Translations under genes and position numbers: made by a program
Origin: a virus
Length of the DNA: 64,000 nucleotides
Virus record (IMG/VR): IMGVR_UViG_3300023174_000089
Coordinates: 32,001-96,000 of that record
Strand: one strand, 5' to 3'
Shown: positions 17,195 through 26,162 of the stretch, one piece after another
How the letters are laid out: every line of letters begins with the position of its first letter
How positions within the stretch are numbered: the stretch's first letter is position 1
The notes under the pieces: model-generated
What the model saw: the letters and a program-made list of their open reading frames with translations, nothing else
The model's database searches: none
Told to the model about the DNA's origin: nothing

Positions 17195-18751
17195 ATGGAT
17201 TATTACAGAGCCCAAGACATTAGAAAAAAAGGTTTAATATCCATGATGACTGAAAGATTGTCATCTGGCATGGGCACGGGTGCGGCCATCAGAAGTTCTA
17301 TCTCGGATAAAACAAAAGCAACATTCACTGGTATAAAACAACGACTAGATCCATTAAACATCGCTAGAGTTGTAACTGGTGGTTCAAAGTTTGCACCTGC
17401 TTTACTTGGTGCTGTAACAGGAAGAAGCAGGCGAGATATTGGATTTTTTACTGGTAAAAAGAATCGTGAGTTTGCAGGTTTAAAAAGTTCTTCTATACAA
17501 GGTTCAGGAGAGGTTGTTCAATATCTTGGGCAAATATATGAACTATTACTTAAAATTGAAAATGATAGAACATTAGAATTAGAACAATTAAAAAACAAAC
17601 AGGAAGAAATTGAGTTAGAAGAAACTCGTAGAAATCAAGCCATCATTCAGGCGCTGACTGCAAGAAAGAAAGCCAAACCACCAAAGAAAGAAGTAAAGAA
17701 GTTAGAAGATGCCAATAAACAAATTGGTAAACAAAAAAAGAAAACAGATGAAATAGAAGGTGTAACACCGCCTGCTATGCCAAAGCCAACAGCTGCTCCA
17801 TCTCCAGCTCCAACTGTGCCAAAACCAACCGCAGCACCAGCACCTGCGCCAGCACCAAAACCACCAACGCCTGCACCAGCACCAGCGCCAACAGTAAAAC
17901 CACCTACAGCAGGAAAAGTTATTACAGGTGCAGCAATATTAGGTGGTGCCGTTGTTGCTGGCACCGCTGGTTTAATTGGTAAAGAAGCTCTTGCTGCAAA
18001 CATTTCAAAATATGAAAGTGGAAAAGCAGGTTATAATGCTTACAATAAAGGAACTGTTGGTAACACAATGATACCTTCGGATAAACCTATCGATTTTAGT
18101 AAAATGACCATTACAGAATATCTAAGACGAGGTGATTTAAAGAAAGATGATCCTGACAGGTTATTCGCTGTTGGTAAATATCAAATTATTCCGTCAACAA
18201 TGAGAGAACTAGTCAAACAATTAAAAATAAATCCGGATACTACATACTTGGATCCAGCCACACAAGATTTATTATTTACGAATGGATTGGTCGGTGTAAG
18301 GCGAAAGAAAGTTGATGCCTACGTAAAAGGACAAAGTGATGACAGAGATGGTGCCATATTAGAATTGGCCAAAGAATTCGCATCAGTTGGTATACCATAT
18401 GATATGGATGTTGGTAAGAAGAAACTAAAGAAAGGCGATTCTTACTATTCTGGCGTAGGTGGTAATAAAGCTCATAACTCTCCAGAACAAGTTGGTGCAG
18501 CATTAGATGCTGATAGATTGAAGAACATGCGAGGGGGAGATAAATCTTCTGCTGTTACAGAAATACCTACAGGAAACAAAATTGATACAGAAACAAAAGA
18601 AAATATTGGTTTAAAGAAATCATTTCAGGAATCTCCAGCAACCAGTAAAAGTGTAAATAATACCAATGTAAGTAATAAAACAGTATCCAGTAATGAAACA
18701 AAGAAAGAGGATGATACAAATCCTTTAATAAAGAAAGCTAGATCAACATGA
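17195..18751 (+). CDS. Tape-measure/hub-like protein with Pro-rich linker and lysozyme-like domain
   Basis: Helical N-terminus, PAPAP linker, then ISKYESG..YNAYN...AVGKYQIIPST...QD lysozyme-superfamily motif; follows gp26/gp51. Confidence 0.7.
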   Translation: MDYYRAQDIRKKGLISMMTERLSSGMGTGAAIRSSISDKTKATFTGIKQRLDPLNIARVVTGGSKFAPALLGAVTGRSRRDIGFFTGKKNREFAGLKSSSIQGSGEVVQYLGQIYELLLKIENDRTLELEQLKNKQEEIELEETRRNQAIIQALTARKKAKPPKKEVKKLEDANKQIGKQKKKTDEIEGVTPPAMPKPTAAPSPAPTVPKPTAAPAPAPAPKPPTPAPAPAPTVKPPTAGKVITGAAILGGAVVAGTAGLIGKEALAANISKYESGKAGYNAYNKGTVGNTMIPSDKPIDFSKMTITEYLRRGDLKKDDPDRLFAVGKYQIIPSTMRELVKQLKINPDTTYLDPATQDLLFTNGLVGVRRKKVDAYVKGQSDDRDGAILELAKEFASVGIPYDMDVGKKKLKKGDSYYSGVGGNKAHNSPEQVGAALDADRLKNMRGGDKSSAVTEIPTGNKIDTETKENIGLKKSFQESPATSKSVNNTNVSNKTVSSNETKKEDDTNPLIKKARST

Positions 18752-20130
18752 ACTACCAAGAAGCCAAAAAAATAAGAGAAAAATCTTACATGGCATATCT
18801 GACAGAAAAACTTTCAGAAGGCCGTGGTGTTGGTTCGGCCATAAAATCAACAATATCTGAAAAATCTCGAGCAAGGTCTATGGGTTACAAAGAAAAGTTT
18901 GATCCATTAAATGTTGTTAAATTTATGACCGGGGGCTCTAAGTTTGCAACTGCTCTTTATGGTAGTATGAGTGGCAGAACTCAACAAGATATACAATATT
19001 TTGCTGGTACCAAAAAAGCAAAAGAAGTTGGTGGCACCGCTACACGAATAGGTCAATTAGAATCTGATAATCAAGTATTAGATGTTCTCTCCAAGATATA
19101 CAGTTTGTTAAAAACGACAAATGAAAATAATACTTTGCGTATGGAGAAAGAAGGTAATACACAAGAAGAAAAAGAATTAGAAAGAGAAAAAAGGCATAAA
19201 GAATTGATTGCTGCTATTACAGGCAAAAAACAAACTGGCAGCACAGCCGTGCCAACAGCAACTAAGGCTGATGATGGTTCTGGACTAATATCTACAATTT
19301 TAGGAATGGTAACGGGTTTGATTGGTGATGCAATTAAAGGTGTGATGTCTGTTATATCTGGTATTACCAGTTTTATCTCAATGATTACATCAGCATTAGG
19401 TGGTGGCGGTGTTGCTAGTATTGGTAAATTATTATTTGGATTAGGAAGATTTTTAGTATTTAATCCTGTTGGTATAGCTATTGTTGCTGGTACGGGAATA
19501 GCACTAGCTATTTGGAAAATGATAAAATCTGAGCCTAGTGAAGAAGCTAAGGCTGAAGCCGCAGGAATAGAGCAGGCTGAAAAAGTTGGTGGTTTTGTTG
19601 GTGTAAGAGATGAGATGGATCGCCGTAAAAAATTACCAGAGTATGATAGAACTGTTTTAGAAATAAAAGATTATGAAAAATCGTATAATGAAGGCCAAAA
19701 GTTAAACAATAAACAATTAGAAGGTTTCGCTAAACGTGGACCTGGAGCTTTAGAAGCAGTTGAAGATTATAAATCAGAGAGAGATAGAGTTCAATCAGTA
19801 ATTGATTCCAGAAATCAAACTGCAACACCAGTAACACCTCCACCACAAACAACAGAACCCACAGAAAATCCAACGATGAGTAGGCAAGATGCTGGCCCAG
19901 CACTAATGAATCAGATGAGTGATGCAGTGAGTAAGTTGAATACAGTAACAAGTGAGAATCTAGAGTTGAATTTACCAAGCACACCAGAGGCTGTTACTAC
20001 AGCACAGATAACAAACAATATGAATGTCAATTCAACAAAAGAACAGAAACCGAAAGGTTCTATACCTTCTGTAAGAAATATGGAAGATTCGTTTCAAAGA
20101 ATGTTATTAAGCAGTTTACGAGTTGTATAA
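18748..20130 (+). CDS. Tape-measure-like protein, paralogue of the upstream gene
   Basis: Shares the N-terminal ~170 aa (DPLN..TGGSKFA.AL.G) with 17195-18751; has a central Gly/Ala hydrophobic segment. Confidence 0.6.
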   Translation: MNYQEAKKIREKSYMAYLTEKLSEGRGVGSAIKSTISEKSRARSMGYKEKFDPLNVVKFMTGGSKFATALYGSMSGRTQQDIQYFAGTKKAKEVGGTATRIGQLESDNQVLDVLSKIYSLLKTTNENNTLRMEKEGNTQEEKELEREKRHKELIAAITGKKQTGSTAVPTATKADDGSGLISTILGMVTGLIGDAIKGVMSVISGITSFISMITSALGGGGVASIGKLLFGLGRFLVFNPVGIAIVAGTGIALAIWKMIKSEPSEEAKAEAAGIEQAEKVGGFVGVRDEMDRRKKLPEYDRTVLEIKDYEKSYNEGQKLNNKQLEGFAKRGPGALEAVEDYKSERDRVQSVIDSRNQTATPVTPPPQTTEPTENPTMSRQDAGPALMNQMSDAVSKLNTVTSENLELNLPSTPEAVTTAQITNNMNVNSTKEQKPKGSIPSVRNMEDSFQRMLLSSLRVV

Positions 20131-20131
20131 T

Positions 20132-20162
20132 AAAAAACCCACCATAAAGGTGGGTTTCTTTT
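20132..20162. terminator. Bidirectional intrinsic terminator
   Basis: AAAAAACCCACC-ATAAA-GGTGGGTTTCTTTT between convergent genes. Confidence 0.85.
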
Positions 20163-20175
20163 AAGTGAAAGAAAA

Positions 20176-20304
20176 TTACTTCTTCTTTTCTTCTTTCTTA
20201 ACTTCTGCTTTTGGAGCTTCTTTCTTTGGCTCTTCTTTCTTAGGAGCTTGAGCAAAGGCGGTTACTGCAAATGCAGCTGCGAGTAGAGATACGAGATACT
20301 TCAT
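20176..20304 (-). CDS. Small secreted Lys/Glu-rich protein (42 aa)
   Basis: MKYLVSLLAAAFAVTAFAQAPKKEEPKKEAPKAEVKKEEKKK; AAGGA RBS; A-F-A signal peptidase site. Below the ORF-track cutoff. Confidence 0.75.
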   Translation of the reverse strand: MKYLVSLLAAAFAVTAFAQAPKKEEPKKEAPKAEVKKEEKKK

Positions 20305-20350
20305 TTTACTTCCTTTCAATCAAAGTTAAAAAATCACAAACAACTCATCA

Positions 20351-21235
20351 TTAATTTTCTTCGGCCAATTTAGCAAAATAAGCCATGTCATCATCATCTG
20401 CTAAATCAGGTTCAACATCAACGGCTTTCTTAGGTGCCTTTGCTTGTTCTTTAACTTGTTCAACAGTTGTTTTTGCTGCAGGTGTTTCACCATTCAATCC
20501 AAGAACTTTGTCAAGGCGTTTCTTTAGATCATCATATGATTTAAATTCTTTGTCACCAATCAACTCTTGCAAAGAGTGTTGTGATTTCCAAATTGTTTCA
20601 AGTTCAGAATCATCTGTCGAAAGAGGAGAAGCAGATTCAAATTCAGACTTATCATAATTCTGATAGCCTTCAACTTTACGAATCTTTAGTTTAAAGTTAG
20701 CACCTTTCCATAAATCAAATGGGTTAACTGCCTGTTCATCTTCAAACTGAGGATTCATCGCCTCTGAAATCTTATCAAAGATTTTCTTGCCATAACGGAA
20801 CAAGAATACTTTGCCTTCATTCTCAGGATGTTTTGGATCAGATACAATGTAAACATTTGAAACATAGTTTAGTTTACGTTTTTGTTTGCGAACAATATCT
20901 TTATTCGCTTCGATGCCAGAATTCCATAATGTAGAATTATGTTCACAAACAGGACATTTTTCGTCCTTTGTGGTCAAACAATTATCAATCAACCAACCAC
21001 CAGGACCTTGGAATCCGTGTGAGAAGATTTTGACCCATGGTAGACTATCTTCACCATCTTTTTCAGATGCGGGAAGAAAACGGATAGTGGCCATGCCATT
21101 ACCTGCTTTGTCAACTTCTGGTCGCCAGTAATTATCAGGCTTTTCAGAACCTTCGGATGTTTGAGAGAGTGCCTCGATTGCTTTAGATAGTTTGTCGAGG
21201 TTGCCAGATTGGCGTTTAAGATTTGCAAAACTCAT
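20351..21235 (-). CDS. Single-stranded DNA-binding protein gp32
   Basis: IRFLP, HGFQGPGGW, CLTT...CPVC, NPFDLWKGANFKLK, NYDKSEF, acidic tail. Confidence 0.95.
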   Translation of the reverse strand: MSFANLKRQSGNLDKLSKAIEALSQTSEGSEKPDNYWRPEVDKAGNGMATIRFLPASEKDGEDSLPWVKIFSHGFQGPGGWLIDNCLTTKDEKCPVCEHNSTLWNSGIEANKDIVRKQKRKLNYVSNVYIVSDPKHPENEGKVFLFRYGKKIFDKISEAMNPQFEDEQAVNPFDLWKGANFKLKIRKVEGYQNYDKSEFESASPLSTDDSELETIWKSQHSLQELIGDKEFKSYDDLKKRLDKVLGLNGETPAAKTTVEQVKEQAKAPKKAVDVEPDLADDDDMAYFAKLAEEN

Positions 21236-21299
21236 AGTATTTCCTTTCGTATAAACGGAATATTAACGGTGTATAAAACGACTTATCCACAAACAACTC

Positions 21300-21328
21300 A
21301 TTATATAATAGTATTTATCCAATGTCAA
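21300..21328 (-). promoter_or_regulatory. Sigma70-type promoter for gp32 (TTGACA-17-TATAAT) with a late-like GATAAATA in the spacer
   Basis: Perfect consensus hexamers. Confidence 0.8.
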
Positions 21329-21813
21329 GCATACATCTTCAAAATACCAATGGTAGTTAAGGCATCCGTGTGAAGTATACCAATACCACCATCTGTTCTC
21401 CATTGATCAATGTTTTGTGAAGTGTCATCAATCAATAGATAATCTGGTCGAGCATATGTTCTTTTCAATCTTTTACCTGGTACCAGGTTAACAGGAAACT
21501 CAATGTTGTGTTTCTTTAACCAATCTATCTTCTGTTCTCTAATTTCAGCATCACGTTTCTCGGAAGATGTTGATGATAGAATTTCAGTAGGCAGGGGTAA
21601 CGACCTTAGATAGTTAATTAATGTCAAAGCATCAGGCATTAAATCCAACTTTGCAAATTCTCTATCAGCAATAAACATTGTGAAGAACTTGTCAAAAGTT
21701 TTATATGTGTCTGCGTCCCTTGGAGCAATTTTATATAATTCTTTATATCTCTTGTCAAAGTCAGCGATTACACCGTCCATGTCAAGATATATTTTTGTAA
21801 CTTTAGTATGCAT
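21325..21813 (-). CDS. HAD-family 5'(3')-deoxyribonucleotidase
   Basis: YLDMDGVIADF and LLIDD motifs. Confidence 0.85.
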   Translation of the reverse strand: MHTKVTKIYLDMDGVIADFDKRYKELYKIAPRDADTYKTFDKFFTMFIADREFAKLDLMPDALTLINYLRSLPLPTEILSSTSSEKRDAEIREQKIDWLKKHNIEFPVNLVPGKRLKRTYARPDYLLIDDTSQNIDQWRTDGGIGILHTDALTTIGILKMYA

Positions 21814-22417
21814 TTTCTTTTATTTTTTCTTTCAAAATTTGTTTGAACTTATTTTTATCATAATGTAAAAATGGTTTATACTTTACACATTTCATTTTAA
21901 AATTTGGCCAAACAATGTCATCATATATTTCTTTTTCCCACATTGGAAAAAAATTCATTAAATCATCCAAAATAACCAGTGTTTCTATCGAAATGTCACC
22001 GTGTTGAGCATATTGCATCAATTTAGGAAATTCATTTTTATTTGCAATCAATAATTCATTTGGATTATCAACATTTTCTAACAGTTTAATTATATCATTT
22101 TCAAAGGTATAAGTCAAGCTTTGTTGCCGTTTTTGCCACTTCTTGTAATTATCTTCGGCTTCTGGACCAAGTATATCACCAATCCATTGGACATTATCTA
22201 CCAAAAAATTGGCAATATAATAATCTCGTAATTCTGTCAATCCAAATTTACGTGATAAACGATAGAATGAATACTTGTCTTTTCTGGTAGAGAATGTGGT
22301 TTTGCTGACATTGGTTTTACCTTTATATTTGATATAATCATAACTATCTGAGGTAAAATGCAACTTCAACGCATGAAACATTGCGAAAGCGGCAAAGCCC
22401 GAATTTTCAACTGTCAT
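21803..22417 (-). CDS. Helicase loader gp59
   Basis: ALKLHFTSDSYDYIKYKGK...RKDKY...ISIETLVIL...KYKPF; T4 gene order 33-59-32. Confidence 0.9.
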   Translation of the reverse strand: MTVENSGFAAFAMFHALKLHFTSDSYDYIKYKGKTNVSKTTFSTRKDKYSFYRLSRKFGLTELRDYYIANFLVDNVQWIGDILGPEAEDNYKKWQKRQQSLTYTFENDIIKLLENVDNPNELLIANKNEFPKLMQYAQHGDISIETLVILDDLMNFFPMWEKEIYDDIVWPNFKMKCVKYKPFLHYDKNKFKQILKEKIKENAY

Positions 22418-22418
22418 A

Positions 22419-22640
22419 CTATAATGGTAATCTAGATGTTTTCTTCAACATATTATTGTCTTGCGCTTCTTCTTTGATTTTAGCTTTGAGCGCAGGTGAG
22501 ATTAGTGTTGCTGCTACTTCAATTTCCAAACCTGTTTCTTTACAATGATGGCAGATTGCATCCATATAACCTAACCGATGTTCTACCACCAATTCTTCAA
22601 TCATCATACTAAATTTTTTTATTTCATCACGGGTGGGCAT
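22419..22640 (-). CDS. Late transcription coactivator gp33
   Basis: FSMMIEELV...YMDAI...LKAKIKEEA...LKKTSRLPL; adjacent to gp59. Confidence 0.88.
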   Translation of the reverse strand: MPTRDEIKKFSMMIEELVVEHRLGYMDAICHHCKETGLEIEVAATLISPALKAKIKEEAQDNNMLKKTSRLPL

Positions 22641-22642
22641 AT

Positions 22643-23185
22643 TTAAATTCTACTATAAAATATATGATTACCTATTTTTGTTACAACCTTATTTCTATTC
22701 CAACCAGGATTTACATAAGTTGCGTGGTAATACAACGCATTTGTTTCTGCTATCTTATCATGTAAAACTGGAACTGTCAATGCTCTTTTTGCAATTAAAT
22801 GAGATTCTTCCCATCTATACCGATCATGAATGTGTACCATTTCTTTGACCATACAAGTCCATGAGAATTGGCAAACTGTTCTTAAATTTTGATCAGTTGT
22901 TTTCTGATAAACAACCGAACATATATCTTTAGGGAAAATGCCACTATTTACACGGTTCAATGTGACCTGTGCTACGGCTAATTTACCTTCATATGTTTCG
23001 CCTGCTGATTCATAGTAAATGTTTTTAGCAAGGCATTCTACTTGTTTCTGATAATCTGCTGCAACTTGTTTTTGTGTTGCAGTTGTAACAAACTCTCTCG
23101 ATAGAGTTGGTGCTGTGTATACGATTGTCAATACTGCTAATACTACTGCTAATGTGTTAAACTTCTGTGTGTTAAATTTAAACAT
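22643..23185 (-). CDS. Cell wall hydrolase, SleB/Hydrolase_2 family, N-terminal membrane anchor
   Basis: CLAKNIYYESAGE...AVAQVTLNRV...CQFSW...YYHATYVNP.W...IGNHIFY. Confidence 0.9.
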   Translation of the reverse strand: MFKFNTQKFNTLAVVLAVLTIVYTAPTLSREFVTTATQKQVAADYQKQVECLAKNIYYESAGETYEGKLAVAQVTLNRVNSGIFPKDICSVVYQKTTDQNLRTVCQFSWTCMVKEMVHIHDRYRWEESHLIAKRALTVPVLHDKIAETNALYYHATYVNPGWNRNKVVTKIGNHIFYSRI

Positions 23186-23238
23186 CTTTCTTCCTTATTG
23201 ATTACGGCAGCCAAACATCTGACTGCCTTGGTCTCCAA

Positions 23239-23517
23239 TTACGAATTTGTTTTCGTTTTTACTTTAACTTCAGGTTGTGGAGTGGTTTGAGAAACGAATT
23301 GATTGAGAGCTTCCGCTTTCTTTACAATTTCATCTTCTGTGGGAAATGCCGGTAAGGCAGGGTAGTCAGGTGATGTTGTACCAGCAATTTTAGCTGCATC
23401 GACCTGTGTATGCCATTGTTGCTGTAGAGAATCACGTTTGGTGTGAAAATCATCAGTTAGCATATCTTTGGCCATTTTTAAGAGTTCTAGCCGTATCTCG
23501 TATGGTGTCATACTCAT
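23239..23517 (-). CDS. Conserved T4-like phage hypothetical protein
   Basis: PYEIRLELLKMAKDML...PTEDEIVKKA.AL..FVS; strong AAGGAG RBS. Confidence 0.75.
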   Translation of the reverse strand: MSMTPYEIRLELLKMAKDMLTDDFHTKRDSLQQQWHTQVDAAKIAGTTSPDYPALPAFPTEDEIVKKAEALNQFVSQTTPQPEVKVKTKTNS

Positions 23518-23580
23518 TTACTTCTCCTTTTGTGTGTTGTGTGTGTTATCAGCGAAATGTGTGTGCTGATACATTATATA

Positions 23581-23884
23581 GGCCAGGTGATTCTGTTGCT
23601 AAGTTCACCTGGTGAAACTCCGCTTACCGTTTAGGCAGCAAGTGCAAACTTATTATCGTTAGCGTTTAATTTAATTTGCTTCTTCGGCCGAGTATCTTCA
23701 ACCCTAACGTCTTTAGCTTTGACGATTCTCCATTGTTCTAATTATTGCTATGTCGAATCTAGGCACCCCCATCAGAAGTATATTGCCACATTTGTGTTTG
23801 CTACCAAGAACCTGGTTCGTCAATATACTTTTGGTGGAGGTGGTGGGAATCGCACCCACGTCCACAACAACTTTGAAACAACTT
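23581..23884 (-). ncRNA. ssrA: Circularly permuted (two-piece) tmRNA; tag peptide ANDNKFALAA
   Basis: Acceptor piece ...GTGGG-TGCGATT-CCCAC-CACCTCC-ACCA ends at 23832 and comes before the coding piece starting GGGGGTG...ATTCGAC at 23770. The 7-bp acceptor stem has G3:U70. Tag ORF at 23663-23631. Outer ends approximate. Confidence 0.92.
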
Positions 23885-23992
23885 CTACGAATTTCCTAGA
23901 ATTAATAATGTTGCCATAACTAAAGCAACACCACCAATCCAATAATTAAATCTATTTACTTTTTTTTGTTCTACACAATCTTTACTAGGCAT
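23885..23992 (-). CDS. Small membrane protein (35 aa)
   Basis: MPSKDCVEQKKVNRFNYWIGGVALVMATLLILGNS; TAATG-coupled to the upstream ORF. Confidence 0.5.
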   Translation of the reverse strand: MPSKDCVEQKKVNRFNYWIGGVALVMATLLILGNS

Positions 23993-24120
23993 TACAGAAT
24001 CCTTCCTAACAACCAAATGATAAAAAGAAAACTTAAACCACCAGCCAATACTTTTAGAGCCCCGATTTGTCTTGCGTTCTGCTCGGGAGTGCAGAGTTTT
24101 TTCCAATATTTGTTTTGCAT
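23992..24120 (-). CDS. Small membrane protein (42 aa)
   Basis: MQNKYWKKLCTPEQNARQIGALKVLAGGLSFLFIIWLLGRIL; AGGA RBS; TATAAGTA late-like site at 24144-24151. Confidence 0.55.
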   Translation of the reverse strand: MQNKYWKKLCTPEQNARQIGALKVLAGGLSFLFIIWLLGRIL

Positions 24121-24167
24121 AGTGTTCCTATTATAAGTGTTTATACTTATATAGGCAACCAGCTTAC

Positions 24168-24827
24168 TTAATATTTACCACTTTTCTCATAATATGAAAT
24201 GGCGTTGACTAGACCTGTGATGTGGTCCTCGGTCTTTTGTTTGAATACGATTGGATGGTTATTCTCAACGGCCATAATGATTACTAGGTCGTGGATAGGT
24301 TCACCTATCAACTCCTCATACATCAACGCATAGGCGCTTGTTTGCCAAAAATAATCTTCAATATCTTCATGGCTTTTAACTTTTTTGGATGTTTTGAAAT
24401 CAATTACCGAAAGCACACCATCAAATTCGGCAATACAATCTACACGACCTGCCATATTCAATTGTTTTGACCAAAGTGCCTGTTCTTGGTAATGAATGTT
24501 ATTAATACGATTCAGGTGTGGTTTAATTGATAAGAACATTTCATGTGCATCAGGCATCACATTACCCAAATCTTCATTATTCAAATATCGTTCACATAGT
24601 GTATGAACATTTGTACCACGAGAAGTTGCTTTCTTGGTAATTGCATTAGCAACATCATCACCTACTTTATTACGCCATGCTTGAAAGATGTGTTTCTTTT
24701 GAGCACCAATCACTGTAGTGACTGATGGTAATTTTGTACCATCAGGCAGTTTGTAGAATCGTCTACCATCAGGAAAAGTTTCTGATTGTAAATCTTGTAA
24801 TTGTTTTGGTGGGCAGTAATTAAACAT
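24168..24827 (-). CDS. PD-(D/E)XK exonuclease (T4-like phage ExoA/Cas4-related fold)
   Basis: PSVTTV, RGTNVH, AGRVDC...IDFKTS, Q.SAYA motifs. Confidence 0.88.
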   Translation of the reverse strand: MFNYCPPKQLQDLQSETFPDGRRFYKLPDGTKLPSVTTVIGAQKKHIFQAWRNKVGDDVANAITKKATSRGTNVHTLCERYLNNEDLGNVMPDAHEMFLSIKPHLNRINNIHYQEQALWSKQLNMAGRVDCIAEFDGVLSVIDFKTSKKVKSHEDIEDYFWQTSAYALMYEELIGEPIHDLVIIMAVENNHPIVFKQKTEDHITGLVNAISYYEKSGKY

Positions 24828-25599
24828 TTTTTTTCGTCAAAAACTTTTCTTTTAATCTATCAAATAATGCTATATCTTCTGGTGTAAGAGTAACAGCATC
24901 TACATTTTTTCTATATTCTTTTGCTTGATTCTCAACTTGAAAGATATTCCCATAATATTTGAAATTTTTGGTGATTTGCCTTGTGTCATAGGCATCCATA
25001 ATTATATGATAACGATCTTCATCTGAATCATTTCTAATTTGGTGCCACAAATTCACCCACAGAATATAAACTGAACCATCAGCTGGCATATGTAGATTTT
25101 CACCTTGGCAGATATGCACACATTTCTTATTTGTAATTAATGGAATATGAATTCTTGCCATATAGTTATTTGTGTCTGAATCTTTATGAACCAAAGATTT
25201 TGAATGTGCCTGTAAACAAGATACCCTTGCTCGTCTAGGATAAAACCCTAATGATTCCAAATCATCCAACACTTCTTTAATATAACCAACACATCCTGCT
25301 GTTGGATTTTTATGTTCAAATCCTTCTGCGACATTCATATATTTCATGGCTTTATAATTATATTGGCCATTTGGAAAAAATACATCATTTGTTTCTTTAT
25401 CATCAGAATGATAAACTTCCCAACCATCTCGCCAATCACCAGTTCTAGACAATAATGTCCAACCACCAAAGCCATGGTATTCTAGTGTTTCAAATTCTTC
25501 ACCTTGAATCTGTTGTTTACCAAGAGTGAATACATTATTCTCAACCTCTTTTCTCAATCGGTCGATATCAACTTTATAATCCAACTTTTCATACCACAT
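24820..25599 (-). CDS. 2OG-Fe(II) oxygenase, Asp/Asn beta-hydroxylase-like
   Basis: RARV...HKD...RIHIPLITN...HMPADG...HQIRN...RYHII (HxD...H triad plus Arg). Start at MWYEK, TAATG-coupled. Confidence 0.8.
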   Translation of the reverse strand: MWYEKLDYKVDIDRLRKEVENNVFTLGKQQIQGEEFETLEYHGFGGWTLLSRTGDWRDGWEVYHSDDKETNDVFFPNGQYNYKAMKYMNVAEGFEHKNPTAGCVGYIKEVLDDLESLGFYPRRARVSCLQAHSKSLVHKDSDTNNYMARIHIPLITNKKCVHICQGENLHMPADGSVYILWVNLWHQIRNDSDEDRYHIIMDAYDTRQITKNFKYYGNIFQVENQAKEYRKNVDAVTLTPEDIALFDRLKEKFLTKKNV

Positions 25600-26162
25600 T
25601 ATAAGTTTCCTGTTTCTTTTAAAATTTGACACACATCTTGATAATAATACTGTGTACCTAGAGTAATGGCAAGCCTTTCACTCAAAACATTATTTGGTTT
25701 TACTGCGTGTGGTCGTGTTACATCAAGTAACCACACTTCATTATCTTTTGCGATGAATGATTCTGTTTTTTCCAAATCGTCCTCTTGGTAGATAAATCCA
25801 TTGGTTTGATTATCTATCTGATAGGTATTTGGTTGTTCATCTTTAAACTTATAAAACTGTGTTAAGCAATTTTCAGTTTTTATATAGAAGTTAATTGTTG
25901 AATTTATACCACTATCGGTGTGAGGAGGTATTGAATGGTTCACTTTCATTAAAGACATGAAGAAGTCTTTACGACATCTTTCCGGCAAAACAGAATATAT
26001 TTGTGGATGTAATAATGAATTCAAGTTTAAATATTGTATGCCTTTAAATTGGCCATCAATATTTACACCGTAAGATATTTGAACATCAAGTGGTTCATAA
26101 CCAGGAACAATGAAATTGTTTTTTAATTTAACAAAACTACTTCTTTGATTTCCATTCTTCAT
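25599..26162 (-). CDS. Putative 2OG-Fe(II)/cupin oxygenase
   Basis: IPPHTD...INFY...WLLDVTRPHAV...RLAITL. Confidence 0.7.
   Translation of the reverse strand: MKNGNQRSSFVKLKNNFIVPGYEPLDVQISYGVNIDGQFKGIQYLNLNSLLHPQIYSVLPERCRKDFFMSLMKVNHSIPPHTDSGINSTINFYIKTENCLTQFYKFKDEQPNTYQIDNQTNGFIYQEDDLEKTESFIAKDNEVWLLDVTRPHAVKPNNVLSERLAITLGTQYYYQDVCQILKETGNL

Noticed and set aside
23406-23919. Plus-strand ORFs 23406-23615 and 23719-23919
   Set aside because: They are antisense to the tmRNA gene and a conserved CDS and show no protein features.
24168-24827. Cas4/CRISPR-associated nuclease
   Set aside because: It lacks the C-terminal Fe-S Cys cluster, and no cas genes or array are nearby. It fits the common T4-like PD-(D/E)XK exonuclease.
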